Positions 12,098-21,524 of a stretch of DNA of 64,000 nt are shown piece after piece (the first letter of the stretch is position 1; each line of letters opens with the position of its first letter). The DNA is from Eubacteriales bacterium (GTDB lineage: Bacteria; Bacillota; Clostridia; Saccharofermentanales; Saccharofermentanaceae). The stretch lies in assembly GCA_037143795.1 (NCBI GenBank), contig JBAWXZ010000005.1:130527-194526 (forward strand), written 5' to 3'. The notes under the pieces are model-generated. The model made no database searches. It saw nothing but the letters and a program-made list of their open reading frames with translations, and was not told the DNA's origin. The position numbers were made by a program, and so were the translations under genes.

Positions 12098-12874
12098 ATG
12101 AAGTACTATGTGGCTGATGTATTTACGGATACGGTTTTCAAAGGTAATCCGGCCGGCATCTGTATTTTGGATGACTGGCCTGATGATTCGGTGCTTCAGA
12201 AAGTCGCATTCGAGAATAATCTGTCAGAGACGGCTTTCCTTCTGGAACAGGACGGTTATTATGACCTGCGGTGGTTTACTCCGGAGGTGGAAATAGATCT
12301 TTGCGGTCATGCGACGCTTGGCAGTGCATTTGTACTGATGAATTATATCGAGCCCAACTTAATGACAGTCTCTTTCCATACGCAGAGCGGTGTTCTCACG
12401 GTTCGCCGGGATGGGGATGAATTTATAATGGATTTTCCGAGCCGGAGACCAGTTCCCTGTGCGGTTCCGTCCGGCCTTGAGAAGGCGCTTGGCATCCATA
12501 TCCTGGAGACGCATGCTTCCCGTGACCTTCTGGTCCTGGTCGAAAATGAGCAGAAATTAAGGGAGATGAAGCCGGATTTTCATCTCCTGAAACAAATCAC
12601 AGAATACATGGGCTTTATTGTCACAGCCAAAGGAGAAGACTGTGATTTTGTATCGCGCTTCTTTGTGCCCGGTGCCGGGATCAATGAGGACCCTGTTACC
12701 GGTTCATCCCACTGCACACTGATTCCGTTCTGGAGCGAAATTCTAGGTAAAAAAGAGATGCTCGCCAGGCAATTGTCACTTCGCGGCGGAAGGATTTCCT
12801 GCAGGGAATGCGGGGAACGAGTGGAAATCAGCGGCGAGGCGGTGCTGTATATGCGCGGCGAGATACTGATTTGA
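12098..12874 (+). CDS. PhzF-family phenazine-biosynthesis-like isomerase
   Basis: The N-terminus MKYYVADVFTDTVFKGNPAGICIL is the hallmark of the PhzF/DAP-epimerase-like fold. 258 aa. Confidence 0.8.
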   Translation: MKYYVADVFTDTVFKGNPAGICILDDWPDDSVLQKVAFENNLSETAFLLEQDGYYDLRWFTPEVEIDLCGHATLGSAFVLMNYIEPNLMTVSFHTQSGVLTVRRDGDEFIMDFPSRRPVPCAVPSGLEKALGIHILETHASRDLLVLVENEQKLREMKPDFHLLKQITEYMGFIVTAKGEDCDFVSRFFVPGAGINEDPVTGSSHCTLIPFWSEILGKKEMLARQLSLRGGRISCRECGERVEISGEAVLYMRGEILI

Positions 12875-14127
12875 GTATCGGATATGCATGTCTGTCCGTC
12901 GGTGTACCAAACACGGATTTCAGAACCTGCGTTATGAAAAATGCCGGGGAAGAACGCCTGATGGAGGTCACTGCACAGAATCTTGCAGCCCTCGAAAACC
13001 TGATAGATTATAATTCCCAAAATGATATACGGCTCTTCCGGATCAGTTCCGATATAATCCCTTTTGGATCAAGCCCTGTAAATTCGCTTGCTTGGTGGGA
13101 TCTTTTCGCGCCTTCCTTATCACGGATCGGAGACAAAATCCGTGCCGCCGGCATGCGGGTCTCCATGCATCCGGGACAATACACTGTCCTCAATTCGCCG
13201 ACGGACGATGTTGTGGAACGTGCAGTTGCTGATCTTGCCTATCACGCACGGTTTCTTGATTCCCTGTGTACGGGGCCTGAAAATAAAATCATACTCCATA
13301 TCGGCGGCGTCTATGGTGATAAGGATGAAGCAATACGGCGTTTTACGGACAGGTACGAATGCCTCGAGGATGCCGTCAAGAGACGTCTGGTGCTCGAAAA
13401 TGACGAAAAATCATACAACATATGCGATGTGCTGAAAATTGCCCGAATGGTCGGCGCCCCCGCGGTTTTTGACAACCTGCACCATGCGATTCATCCCTGC
13501 ATGGAAGCTGGCTGTGAAGGAGATTGGATCGAATCATGCAAATCGACATGGAAACCGATTGATGGACGTCAGAAGATACATTATTCACAGCAGGAAAAAG
13601 GTAAGCGGACCGGTGCCCATTGCAGCAGTATCAGGATTGACGAGTTCCTCTCCTTCTATAAAAGCGTGCACGGGGAGAACCTCGACATTATGCTGGAGGT
13701 AAAGGACAAGAATCTTTCTGCGGTCAAATGCATCAACTGCACAACCCTTTCTCCGCGCCTGAACCGGCTGGAACTGGATTGGAGCCGATATAAATATCTG
13801 GTCCTTGAGCATGCCCCGGCGATATACCTGCAGATCCGGGAGCTTCTGAAAGACAGAAACGCCTATCCGGCCGTGGAGTTCTATCAACTCATTGAATCTG
13901 CCGCGCTGGAAGAAACCGTTTCTGGCAATGCCGAAAATGCAGCGCTGCATGTATGGGGTTATTTTAAGAAAATTGCAGCACAAAATGAGCAGGAGCAGTT
14001 TTTTCGCCGTCTGGATTTGTACAGGCAGGGACTAAAAGGCTCAGACAACTATAAAAATTACCTGCTTCGCCTCGCTCAAAAATATGATCAGAAGTATCTT
14101 CTGGAGTCACTTTATTTCTATATTTAA
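12871..14127 (+). CDS. uvsE: UV-damage endonuclease (UvsE/UVDE family) with a ~120-aa C-terminal extension
   Basis: The LSIGYACLSVGVPNTDFRTCVMKNA start region and ...HIGGVYGDKDEA..., ...LVLENDEKSYN..., ...FDNLHHAIHP... match the TIM-barrel UVDE metal-site blocks. The start is uncertain: TTG 12871 abuts the phzF stop, while the ORF track offers ATG 12808 overlapping phzF. Confidence 0.75.
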   Translation: MSIGYACLSVGVPNTDFRTCVMKNAGEERLMEVTAQNLAALENLIDYNSQNDIRLFRISSDIIPFGSSPVNSLAWWDLFAPSLSRIGDKIRAAGMRVSMHPGQYTVLNSPTDDVVERAVADLAYHARFLDSLCTGPENKIILHIGGVYGDKDEAIRRFTDRYECLEDAVKRRLVLENDEKSYNICDVLKIARMVGAPAVFDNLHHAIHPCMEAGCEGDWIESCKSTWKPIDGRQKIHYSQQEKGKRTGAHCSSIRIDEFLSFYKSVHGENLDIMLEVKDKNLSAVKCINCTTLSPRLNRLELDWSRYKYLVLEHAPAIYLQIRELLKDRNAYPAVEFYQLIESAALEETVSGNAENAALHVWGYFKKIAAQNEQEQFFRRLDLYRQGLKGSDNYKNYLLRLAQKYDQKYLLESLYFYI

Positions 14128-14759
14128 ACGGACCGGAGAACACCGACAGCCGATGTGCTGCCCAATCCTGTGTGAGGATCTTTGGGGGAGTGCACATTGA
14201 ACATAAATGCATTCGTACTGCAGATGTTTTCCGTAGTGTTGTGACCCTCTTCGACAGCGGCGTGACGGACGCGTCCGATAACCATACTTGTCTGACCTTT
14301 GCCGGAAAGATCATTAACAGATTCGAGCGTGCATTCCATGCAGAGGAAAGCTTCCTTCACACGCGGCGACAGAATCGTAGTACAGGGTTCTGCAGTCAGG
14401 CCGCCGGATGCAATCTCATCTTCGTCTTCCTCGTTGCTTGCTATTGTCTTGATACAGGCGTCATAATATTCCGGACGAATGAAGTTCAGGCAGAATTCTT
14501 TCTCCCGCAGAATGTTCTGGTATGTATGTGTTTTTTGCATGAGTCCCTGCATTACAGCAAAGAATCCTCCTCCGTCACCGGCAAAAGAGCTCCAGGCGTG
14601 AAAACAAGCGTTTGGTTTTCCGTTCTCTTTTCTGGTGGTGATCAGGAACATCGGTGAAGGAACACCGCATGTGAATTCCATGTAGGAAAAAACATTATAC
14701 TGACCAGCCCAGTCTTCAACAAAAGATTCAGGCCTGTTTTCCGTTAACTCAAGTTTCAT
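14124..14759 (-). CDS. Flavin-reductase-like (FMN-binding split-barrel) protein
   Basis: MKLELTENRPESFVEDWAGQYNVFSYMEFTCGVPSPMFLITTRKENGKPNA is typical of the flavin-reductase-like domain. The internal ATG is preceded by GGAG (the ORF track starts 16 codons upstream). It overlaps the uvsE stop by 4 nt, convergently. Confidence 0.65.
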   Translation of the reverse strand: MKLELTENRPESFVEDWAGQYNVFSYMEFTCGVPSPMFLITTRKENGKPNACFHAWSSFAGDGGGFFAVMQGLMQKTHTYQNILREKEFCLNFIRPEYYDACIKTIASNEEDEDEIASGGLTAEPCTTILSPRVKEAFLCMECTLESVNDLSGKGQTSMVIGRVRHAAVEEGHNTTENICSTNAFMFNVHSPKDPHTGLGSTSAVGVLRSV

Positions 14760-14857
14760 AAGGGGACTCCTTTCGTAACAGCGAGCGGACATATATACGG
14801 ATGACATTGTATATCGTTATCATATCAAAGTTATCCGGTCATAACAACTTCACTGGC

Positions 14858-14887
14858 TTGACGAATATCTGCGTTTGGTAGTATTAT
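14858..14887 (+). promoter_or_regulatory. Sigma-70-type promoter (TTGACG -35, 18-nt spacer, TATTAT -10) driving the 15008 gene
   Basis: TTGACG at 14858-14863 and TATTAT at 14882-14887, read directly from the sequence. Confidence 0.5.
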
Positions 14888-14916
14888 GAATTAGTAAATT
14901 ACTAATTTACTAATTC
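14888..14916. promoter_or_regulatory. Perfect 29-bp palindrome (13-bp arms, candidate repressor operator) immediately downstream of the -10
   Basis: GAATTAGTAAATT-act-AATTTACTAATTC. The arms are exact reverse complements. Confidence 0.55.
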
Positions 14917-15007
14917 AGTTAAACAATTGTCGTCTGCAGTCGATGCGCCGCAAAGTAAAAATTGTTGCAAACCCCAGACAACAGGCAAAAATGAAACGGA
15001 GAAAATT

Positions 15008-15487
15008 ATGAAAATTCCAACAACATTAAAGCACAAACCGGTGATCGTATCTGAAAACTATGGCAATGTCGACGGACGTACGGCATATAATACGGACGCA
15101 AAAGGACTGTCCCTTGGACTGGCGCAGTGGAATGACCGGGGGCATGTGGATATATCCGCCAAGGTCTGGCGCTATACAGGAGAGAAATGGTCGCGCCAGT
15201 CGGAGGAACTGCCCCTTCACCGTGTTCTAGACCTTGCGATCCTTGTATGCCGTGCCAGGCAATATTTTGCGGAAAACTACCGCCTGCCGAAGCTTTATGA
15301 TCCCGAGAATCCGGCGATTGACCGTATCGGCCTGCAGGGCGACGCGATGACGGTCGCCGTCTGTACGGATAACCCGATGATTGATGAGGACATCCGGCTA
15401 TTCGCAAATGCACTTGGCAAAGATGACGAGCTCATCAGTGAGCGTCTTTCGACTCTGTCACGCATTCTCAAGGAACTGGGGTATTGA
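15008..15487 (+). CDS. Hypothetical protein (159 aa)
   Basis: GGAG RBS 8 nt upstream of the ATG (MKIPTTLKHKPVIV...). No recognised motif. Confidence 0.5.
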   Translation: MKIPTTLKHKPVIVSENYGNVDGRTAYNTDAKGLSLGLAQWNDRGHVDISAKVWRYTGEKWSRQSEELPLHRVLDLAILVCRARQYFAENYRLPKLYDPENPAIDRIGLQGDAMTVAVCTDNPMIDEDIRLFANALGKDDELISERLSTLSRILKELGY

Positions 15488-15491
15488 TTTG

Positions 15492-15836
15492 ATGGATAAG
15501 CAAAGTAAAAAAGATATGGGTGCAGCCTATAAAGAAAAGAAAAAAACCGGCGGCATATATGCTATCCGTAATTCCGTGACAGGCAAGGCGCTTATCGGCG
15601 CTGCACCGGACATGGAGGGATTCAGGAATCGGTTCTCCTTTTCACAGGCGACAGGCTCATGTGTTCAGCCCAGGCTGGAAGCAGACTGGAAAAAATTCGG
15701 CGGACAGGCCTTTGTATTGGAGATCAAGGAGACCATCGAAAAGAAAAAGGATCAGACAGACCGCGAGTTTGCGGATGATTTAGCGACCTTGAAGGATCTC
15801 TGGCTGGAAAAATCAGATCCACTGTCATTTTACTGA
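15492..15836 (+). CDS. Small GIY-YIG nuclease-superfamily protein
   Basis: KKTGGIYAIRNSVTGKALIGAAPD... shows GIY-(10-11 aa)-YIG-like spacing (GIYAI ... LIGAA) followed by a conserved Arg/Glu region. It lies 5 nt after the upstream gene. Confidence 0.55.
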   Translation: MDKQSKKDMGAAYKEKKKTGGIYAIRNSVTGKALIGAAPDMEGFRNRFSFSQATGSCVQPRLEADWKKFGGQAFVLEIKETIEKKKDQTDREFADDLATLKDLWLEKSDPLSFY

Positions 15837-15952
15837 CAGTAGGCATAATGTCTATGGTTAACTGTATCCAATAAATCTTGCAGCCACAGCTATAGATAAG
15901 TAAAACACAGCACGCGCGTTCAAGTTTCCTGTTCTCCAAAGCGATAATATGA

Positions 15953-16900
15953 ATGCAGGAGGTGAGGAATATCAGACAGTCAGATGTTGTCCGTGCAGTT
16001 TCGCGAATGCAGGACTATATTGAAGCCCATGTTTCCGAACCGATTACGCTGCATCAGCTGGCCGGGACGGCCGGATACTCGCAGTGGCATTGTGAACGGA
16101 TTTTCAGGGAGCTGACCGGGAAATCACCATTCGAGTACATCAGGGCACTTCGACTTTCGAAAGCTGCTTTGATTCTGCGCGAAGGCCGGAGCAAAGTCAT
16201 TGATGTTGCATTTGACTTTGTTTTCGATTCCCATGAAGGCTTCACGAAGGCGTTCTCAAGGCAGTTCGGCTTACCGCCGGGCAGGTACAGGCGGGAGACG
16301 CCTGCTATACCGCTGTTCATGCCGTATCGGGTATCCGTAACGCCGGCTTCCCCGGAAAAGGAGAGAAAAAGTATGAGTACTACTGCAAATACCGTGTTTG
16401 TTCAGGTTGTGGAACGCCCCGAGAGACAGATAATGTTAAAAAGAGGCGTAAAGGCCACCGACTACTATACCTACTGTGAAGAAGCAGGGGATAAAGAAGG
16501 GTGTGAAGCCTCGGAAAAAATCTGGGGTGTTCTTTCCAGTGTGAAGGAAGCGCTTTATGAACCGATCGGCATGTGGCTTCCCCCGAAGATGATTCCGGAA
16601 GGCACCTCCCAATATGTACAGGGAGTCGAACTTCCGCTTGACTATCACAAACCCCTGCCGGAAGGTTATGAGATGATTATTGCGCCTCCCTGCAAAATGA
16701 TGGTCTTCCAGGGTCCGCCTTACAAGGACGAAGATTATGAAGATGCGATTTCCGACATCTGGGAACTTATGAAAACTTACGATCCGAAACTGTACGGATA
16801 TGAATGGGCAGACGATGAAGCCCCGCGTTTTCAGCTCGCGCCGATGGGATACCGGGGATATATTGAAGCCCGCCCTGTTCGTCCGGTCAATCCCGTCTGA
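15953..16900 (+). CDS. AraC-family transcriptional regulator with a C-terminal GyrI-like effector-binding domain
   Basis: N-terminal AraC HTH (ITLHQLAGTAGYSQWHCERIFRELTGKSPFEYIRALRL). The ~190-aa C-terminus is typical of GyrI-like small-molecule-binding domains. Confidence 0.8.
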   Translation: MQEVRNIRQSDVVRAVSRMQDYIEAHVSEPITLHQLAGTAGYSQWHCERIFRELTGKSPFEYIRALRLSKAALILREGRSKVIDVAFDFVFDSHEGFTKAFSRQFGLPPGRYRRETPAIPLFMPYRVSVTPASPEKERKSMSTTANTVFVQVVERPERQIMLKRGVKATDYYTYCEEAGDKEGCEASEKIWGVLSSVKEALYEPIGMWLPPKMIPEGTSQYVQGVELPLDYHKPLPEGYEMIIAPPCKMMVFQGPPYKDEDYEDAISDIWELMKTYDPKLYGYEWADDEAPRFQLAPMGYRGYIEARPVRPVNPV

Positions 16901-17128
16901 TGACAGGCATAAACAATCGATAGAATTTTGAAGAAAACTTAAAAATGAGCCGTCTTCCGGGAAGTGAAGTGAAATTCATCCGGGGGACGCTTCTTTTTTT
17001 AGGAAATTTATGTGTATGAATGCCGGAAATGGTAGAATATTTTGTAAGTATTGCTTGGATTTTATAGCATAAGATTATATGATGAAAATACAGGCAGTGG
17101 TTTTTGTTATCGACAGTCGGAGGGAAAT

Positions 17129-17623
17129 ATGGCAGATAATCTTCGTCCTTTTATCCCGGGTGACTGGGAAGCTGTAAACAGAATTTATAAACAGGGAATT
17201 GATACCAACCTTGCGACATTCCAGACTTCATGCCCGTCATATGAGGAGTGGGATGCTTCGCACCTTTCGTGCTGCAGGCTGGTATATGTATTGGACGGGC
17301 GTGTCGTAGGATGGGCTGCACTCTCACCGGTATCAAGCCGCTGTGTATATAAAGGTGTTGCTGAGCTCAGTATTTACATTGATGAGACCGTCCGAGGCAA
17401 TGGAATCGGCACGAAACTTCTAAGCCGCATCATTGAAGAGTCGGAAACACACGGAATCTGGACACTGCAGTCCGGAATCATCCAGGATAATAAAGCAAGC
17501 ATTCTGCTTCACAGGAAATGCGGCTTCAGGGAAGTCGGCTACCGTGAGAGAATTGCCCGAAATGCACACGGGGAGTGGAAAAATACCGTGCTGATGGAGC
17601 GCAGGAGCACAAATGATTTTTAA
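17129..17623 (+). CDS. GNAT acetyltransferase, phosphinothricin-acetyltransferase (PAT/Bar)-like
   Basis: FIPGDWEAVNRIYKQGIDTNLATF... VRGNGIGTKLL resembles the PAT subfamily. GGAGGG RBS before the ATG (MADNL). Confidence 0.7.
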   Translation: MADNLRPFIPGDWEAVNRIYKQGIDTNLATFQTSCPSYEEWDASHLSCCRLVYVLDGRVVGWAALSPVSSRCVYKGVAELSIYIDETVRGNGIGTKLLSRIIEESETHGIWTLQSGIIQDNKASILLHRKCGFREVGYRERIARNAHGEWKNTVLMERRSTNDF

Positions 17624-17695
17624 GACCTGATTCTGCACATGAAGGTCCGGTTTCCCGTCCTTTGGCTATATGGCCTGTACATGGGGGAAAATGAA

Positions 17696-18349
17696 ATGAT
17701 TACGGCTGAGAACCTTTTGTCCTATGAAAAACCCGCCCTTCCCCGGATAGCCGATACGCTCCGGCCGGAGGAAATCCGGCAGCTTATTGCCTGGCTCGAT
17801 GAAAAAGACGATATACGATACCCGGCATTTATGCTTCTCCAGTATAGATCGGAGCACTATCCCGATGTGTATCCATACTGGGACGTTTTCATCAGGAAGC
17901 TGCAAAGCGAAAACTCTTATCAGCGAAGTATCGGACTGATGCTGATGGCCGGGAATGCCAGATGGGACACCAGGGGACTTTTTGAATTGTCCATTAATCT
18001 TTACCTGTCTTTCTGCGGCGATGAAAAGCCTGTGACAGTCAGGCAATGTATTCAGGGACTTGAAAAAGTGATCCCGTTTAAGAGAAGCCTCCTTACTGAT
18101 ATAACAGAAAAATTGATTCCATTTAACATCATGGAATGTAAAGAAACACAGCGCAAAATTCTTCAGATGGACATCCTGCGTGTCCTTATTATGATCAACC
18201 TGATAGAAAAAAATGACAGGATAGACTCATATATTGAGCACGCATTGAATGCCGGTATTCTGGATAAGAAAGCGAAAAAGGAAGTGGAAATGCTTCTCCG
18301 GCAACAGGCCCCGTCGGACAAAGCTACATCAGTTCAGCAAAATCCTTAA
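17696..18349 (+). CDS. Hypothetical alpha-helical protein
   Basis: The ORF track starts at 17639; ATG 17696 (MITAENL) has a GGGGGA RBS. No catalytic motif seen. Leucine-rich helical repeats. Confidence 0.4.
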   Translation: MITAENLLSYEKPALPRIADTLRPEEIRQLIAWLDEKDDIRYPAFMLLQYRSEHYPDVYPYWDVFIRKLQSENSYQRSIGLMLMAGNARWDTRGLFELSINLYLSFCGDEKPVTVRQCIQGLEKVIPFKRSLLTDITEKLIPFNIMECKETQRKILQMDILRVLIMINLIEKNDRIDSYIEHALNAGILDKKAKKEVEMLLRQQAPSDKATSVQQNP

Positions 18350-18965
18350 CCGTAAAATCGGACAACGCGACAATCTGATCCCACTCATGGCCGGCATATG
18401 AGTCATATACGCCGCAGACCCTGAAACCGCCCGATTTTGCACCCTTAACAGCAGTCAGGATATCCTCATACACAACGCATTCTTCCGGCAGTAGGCTGAG
18501 CTTCTGTGCCGCAAGCAGGTAAATATCGGGAAATCCCTTGCCGCGGCTGACTTCCTGCAGCATGGTGAAGGATTCAAACATATCATAAATACCATTATTC
18601 TTCAGTACCGATTCAATGCTTTCCTGATGAAGGGCCGTTGCGACACCGAGCTTCACTCCCTTGTCCAAAAGATGAGCAAGATATTCCCGTGCATTTGGTT
18701 TAAGCCTGATTTCGGAAGCATATGCCTTTTGGGCCATAAGGTTCCATTCGCGGATGACCTCTTCCGCACTTTCGGCCAGGCCGTATTTTGCAATCGTATA
18801 TTCTGCGGCTTTGTGAAAACCAAGGGGCGTCACTGCCTGTGTGTATTCTTTTGTCGCCGTAATTCCTCGTTTTTCAAGGAAGCGGATATCAATTTGTTCC
18901 CATACGGATAATGAATCAAGAAGGGTTCCGTCCAGATCAAATATTGCACCTTTGATGTCATCCAT
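18324..18965 (-). CDS. HAD-IA family hydrolase (beta-phosphoglucomutase-like phosphatase)
   Basis: Motif I MDDIKGAIFDLDGTLLDS, a motif II Thr and a C-terminal DD-type motif. Confidence 0.8.
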   Translation of the reverse strand: MDDIKGAIFDLDGTLLDSLSVWEQIDIRFLEKRGITATKEYTQAVTPLGFHKAAEYTIAKYGLAESAEEVIREWNLMAQKAYASEIRLKPNAREYLAHLLDKGVKLGVATALHQESIESVLKNNGIYDMFESFTMLQEVSRGKGFPDIYLLAAQKLSLLPEECVVYEDILTAVKGAKSGGFRVCGVYDSYAGHEWDQIVALSDFTVKDFAELM

Positions 18966-19144
18966 ATCTTTACCTCGCTGCTGTTAGTGAATTCAGTTGC
19001 CGGCAAAGGCAGAAAACTGATTTATTAATTGTCGGATAACACTATTGTAGCATCTGTTGGTATAATGAAAATATGTTTCCAATCATCATTTTAGCACCTG
19101 TCCCTAAAAACGGGACATTTCGCGAGATAAGGGAGGAAGACGAT

Positions 19145-19585
19145 ATGTTTGAGATAAGGGAATGCCGACCTGAGGATCTTTCCGGACTTCTGCAGCTTTA
19201 TACGCATCTTCACGGGGACCCTGCACCTGCTATCAATGATAGGATTCTGGATATTTGGGAGCGGATAATGAATGATGAGAACCACCATATACTCGGTGGA
19301 TTTCTGGACGGCGCACTGGTGTCGTCCTGTGTAATTAATATAATTTTGAATCTCACGCACAACCAGCGCCCGTATGCGGTTATTGAGAATGTAATCACCG
19401 ATACGTCCGAAAGGGGACGCGGCTATGCCTCCGCAGTTTTAAAGGCAGCCAAAGAGATTGCTGAAAAGGAAAAATGCTACAAAATCATGCTGATGACTGG
19501 TTCCAAAAAGGAAAGCACACTGCACTTTTACGAGGCGGCCGGATACAACCGGCTGGACAAGACGGCATTCATCCAGTGGCTATGA
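19145..19585 (+). CDS. GNAT family N-acetyltransferase
   Basis: RGRGYASAVLKAA is an acetyl-CoA-binding loop. GGGAGG RBS before ATG 19145. Confidence 0.7.
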   Translation: MFEIRECRPEDLSGLLQLYTHLHGDPAPAINDRILDIWERIMNDENHHILGGFLDGALVSSCVINIILNLTHNQRPYAVIENVITDTSERGRGYASAVLKAAKEIAEKEKCYKIMLMTGSKKESTLHFYEAAGYNRLDKTAFIQWL

Positions 19586-19670
19586 GAGGCATTCATCTAT
19601 CGTATAAGCGGTGCTATGCTGCACCAATACAGTATTGGGAGCCGGGATCAGTGCCTGCGTGAGATTTACA

Positions 19671-20222
19671 TCAACCGCCGTTTTTCCGGCTTTGACTCTC
19701 GAAAAACAAACGCAGGTTCTCCGGCAGCACATAGGCAGCTTCTGTTTTGGATTGCTCTGATTTTGATCCGTATACTTCCTTTAGAATTGCATTAACAATC
19801 ATCCCTTTGGGCGGTGAATCGTAATGATTCCCTTCGTATGTGAAAACACGGCAGTCGACGCTGTCTCCGCACAAGGTTCCGCAATCGGTACAGTTGGATT
19901 CCGAGACATCCACTTCGATGTCTTTTCCGTTGATCCGGATGGTGGGTGAACTCATAAATGCATATTTTTCGGCAAGGGCAGCTGAAGTTATGTTCACTTT
20001 ATTTATTACTGCATCATATCCTGCGGATGAAAGCACAGAAGACACATCCGATATGGCATCGTCCAGATTACTGTCGGTTCCCTGGCATCTTTCACACACA
20101 CTCAGATCCAGATACAGAAAATCAATCGTAATTTTTTTCTTTTCAGGCACCGGTGTGCAGCAGCCGGAACCTTTGCAGCAGCCTGTGTTTTGATCCGGCA
20201 TATTACTCGCCTGCCTTTTCAA
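19671..20222 (-). CDS. Cys-rich DUF2703-like protein (possible metallo(id)-chaperone of the ars-like operon)
   Basis: Cysteine clusters (GCCKGSGCCTP near the N-terminus; CERCQG; CTDCGTLCGDSVDC). It sits last in the arsR-permease-thioredoxin operon. Confidence 0.45.
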   Translation of the reverse strand: MKRQASNMPDQNTGCCKGSGCCTPVPEKKKITIDFLYLDLSVCERCQGTDSNLDDAISDVSSVLSSAGYDAVINKVNITSAALAEKYAFMSSPTIRINGKDIEVDVSESNCTDCGTLCGDSVDCRVFTYEGNHYDSPPKGMIVNAILKEVYGSKSEQSKTEAAYVLPENLRLFFESQSRKNGG

Positions 20223-20445
20223 TTAACTTAGTGATTTCACCCGTCTTTAGTACTTTGCCGAAAGAAACGACCGTTTCATCAATAACAAGGGCCGGGGTCG
20301 ACATTACACCGAAAGAAGCGATCTCAGAAAAATCGGTTACTTTAATGATTTGGGCTTCCATTCCAAGGACTGCCAGTGCTTCTTTTGTGTTTTCTGCCAG
20401 GGTCATGCATTTTTTGCATCCGGAACCAAGAATTTTAATAATCAT
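20203..20445 (-). CDS. Thioredoxin-family small redox protein (redox-active disulfide protein 2 type)
   Basis: 80 aa. The motif MIIKILGSGCKKCMTL is CxxC in a thioredoxin-fold context. Confidence 0.75.
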   Translation of the reverse strand: MIIKILGSGCKKCMTLAENTKEALAVLGMEAQIIKVTDFSEIASFGVMSTPALVIDETVVSFGKVLKTGEITKLIEKAGE

Positions 20446-20519
20446 AGATTTGTTCTCCTTTATATGTTTTGACAGGTGTCGGAATTGTTTTTTGAAAATA
20501 TTATTACCAGGAAAAGCAA

Positions 20520-21524
20520 TTACATAAGAAATGAACCGAAGGCATTAAACGCATATCCGATGATGATGATCCCTGCGGTCACGATGCCTACAAAAGTGAT
20601 TAGAAGCTTTGATCTGACTACTTTTTTAAGCATTATGATGGAGGGAAGGGACAAAGCGGTAACCGCCATCATGAAGGACAGAGCCGTACCAAGTCCGACG
20701 CCCTTGCCGACGAGGGCTTCTGCGATCGGAAGCGTACCGAAAATATCAGCGTACATCGGAACACCCACGAAGGTAGCAAGAAGGACGGAATACCATTTGT
20801 CCTGTCCGAGAACAGCCGTGACAATATCCTGGGGAATCCAATTGTGAATGGCCGCACCGATTCCTACACCAATCAGGATATAAAGCCAGACCTTTTTGAC
20901 TATGCCCAGCACCTGTTCCACAGAGAAGTCGATCCTGTCTTTTTTGGTCAGTTCGGACTGTGCTATTTCGTGAACTTTATTGCTGAACACAAAGGGCTCG
21001 ACATACTTTTCCATTTTGAGTTTGCTGATTATCGTTCCTGCTGTGACGGCCAGCAGGACGCCGACAATCACATACGCCAGCGCTATTTTCCAGTTAAAAA
21101 TGCTGGCAAGAAGAAGTACGGACGCAAGATCTACCAGAGGGGAAGAGATAAGAAAGGAAAATGTGACGCCAAGCGGAAGGCCTGCATTGGTAAACCCAAT
21201 AAAGAGCGGTATGGATGAGCAGGAGCAGAAAGGTGTAACCGTCCCTAAAAGGGCACCGAGAATATTGGCTGTAATTCCGTTGAACCGCCCGAGTATCTTA
21301 CGGGTGCGTTCCGGCGGAAAGAAGCTCTGTATATAAGAGATCACGAAAATCAGTACGGACAGCAGAATGAATATCTTGATCGTGTCGTAGATAAAAAAAT
21401 GAATACTGCCGCCGAGGCGCTGTGTTACATCCAGTCCGAAAACCTTCTCGACAAGAAGTTTTATCAGGTCGGACAGCCACTGCATTTTTAGTAGTTGATC
21501 ATTGAGCCATTCAAGTACAATCAT
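20520..21524 (-). CDS. arsP: Permease of the ArsP / DUF318 family (organoarsenical-efflux-permease-like)
   Basis: Polytopic membrane protein containing TPFCSCSS, which matches the conserved ArsP TPFcSCSS signature (identified from memory of that family). Confidence 0.6.
   Translation of the reverse strand: MIVLEWLNDQLLKMQWLSDLIKLLVEKVFGLDVTQRLGGSIHFFIYDTIKIFILLSVLIFVISYIQSFFPPERTRKILGRFNGITANILGALLGTVTPFCSCSSIPLFIGFTNAGLPLGVTFSFLISSPLVDLASVLLLASIFNWKIALAYVIVGVLLAVTAGTIISKLKMEKYVEPFVFSNKVHEIAQSELTKKDRIDFSVEQVLGIVKKVWLYILIGVGIGAAIHNWIPQDIVTAVLGQDKWYSVLLATFVGVPMYADIFGTLPIAEALVGKGVGLGTALSFMMAVTALSLPSIIMLKKVVRSKLLITFVGIVTAGIIIIGYAFNAFGSFLM

Noticed and set aside
12808-12870. ATG 12808 as the uvsE start, giving a 67-nt overlap with phzF
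   Set aside because: The encoded N-terminal extension (MRGTSGNQRRGGAVYARRDTD) is not part of the UVDE fold. TTG 12871, abutting the phzF stop, gives the conserved LSIGYACLSVG start. This remains uncertain.
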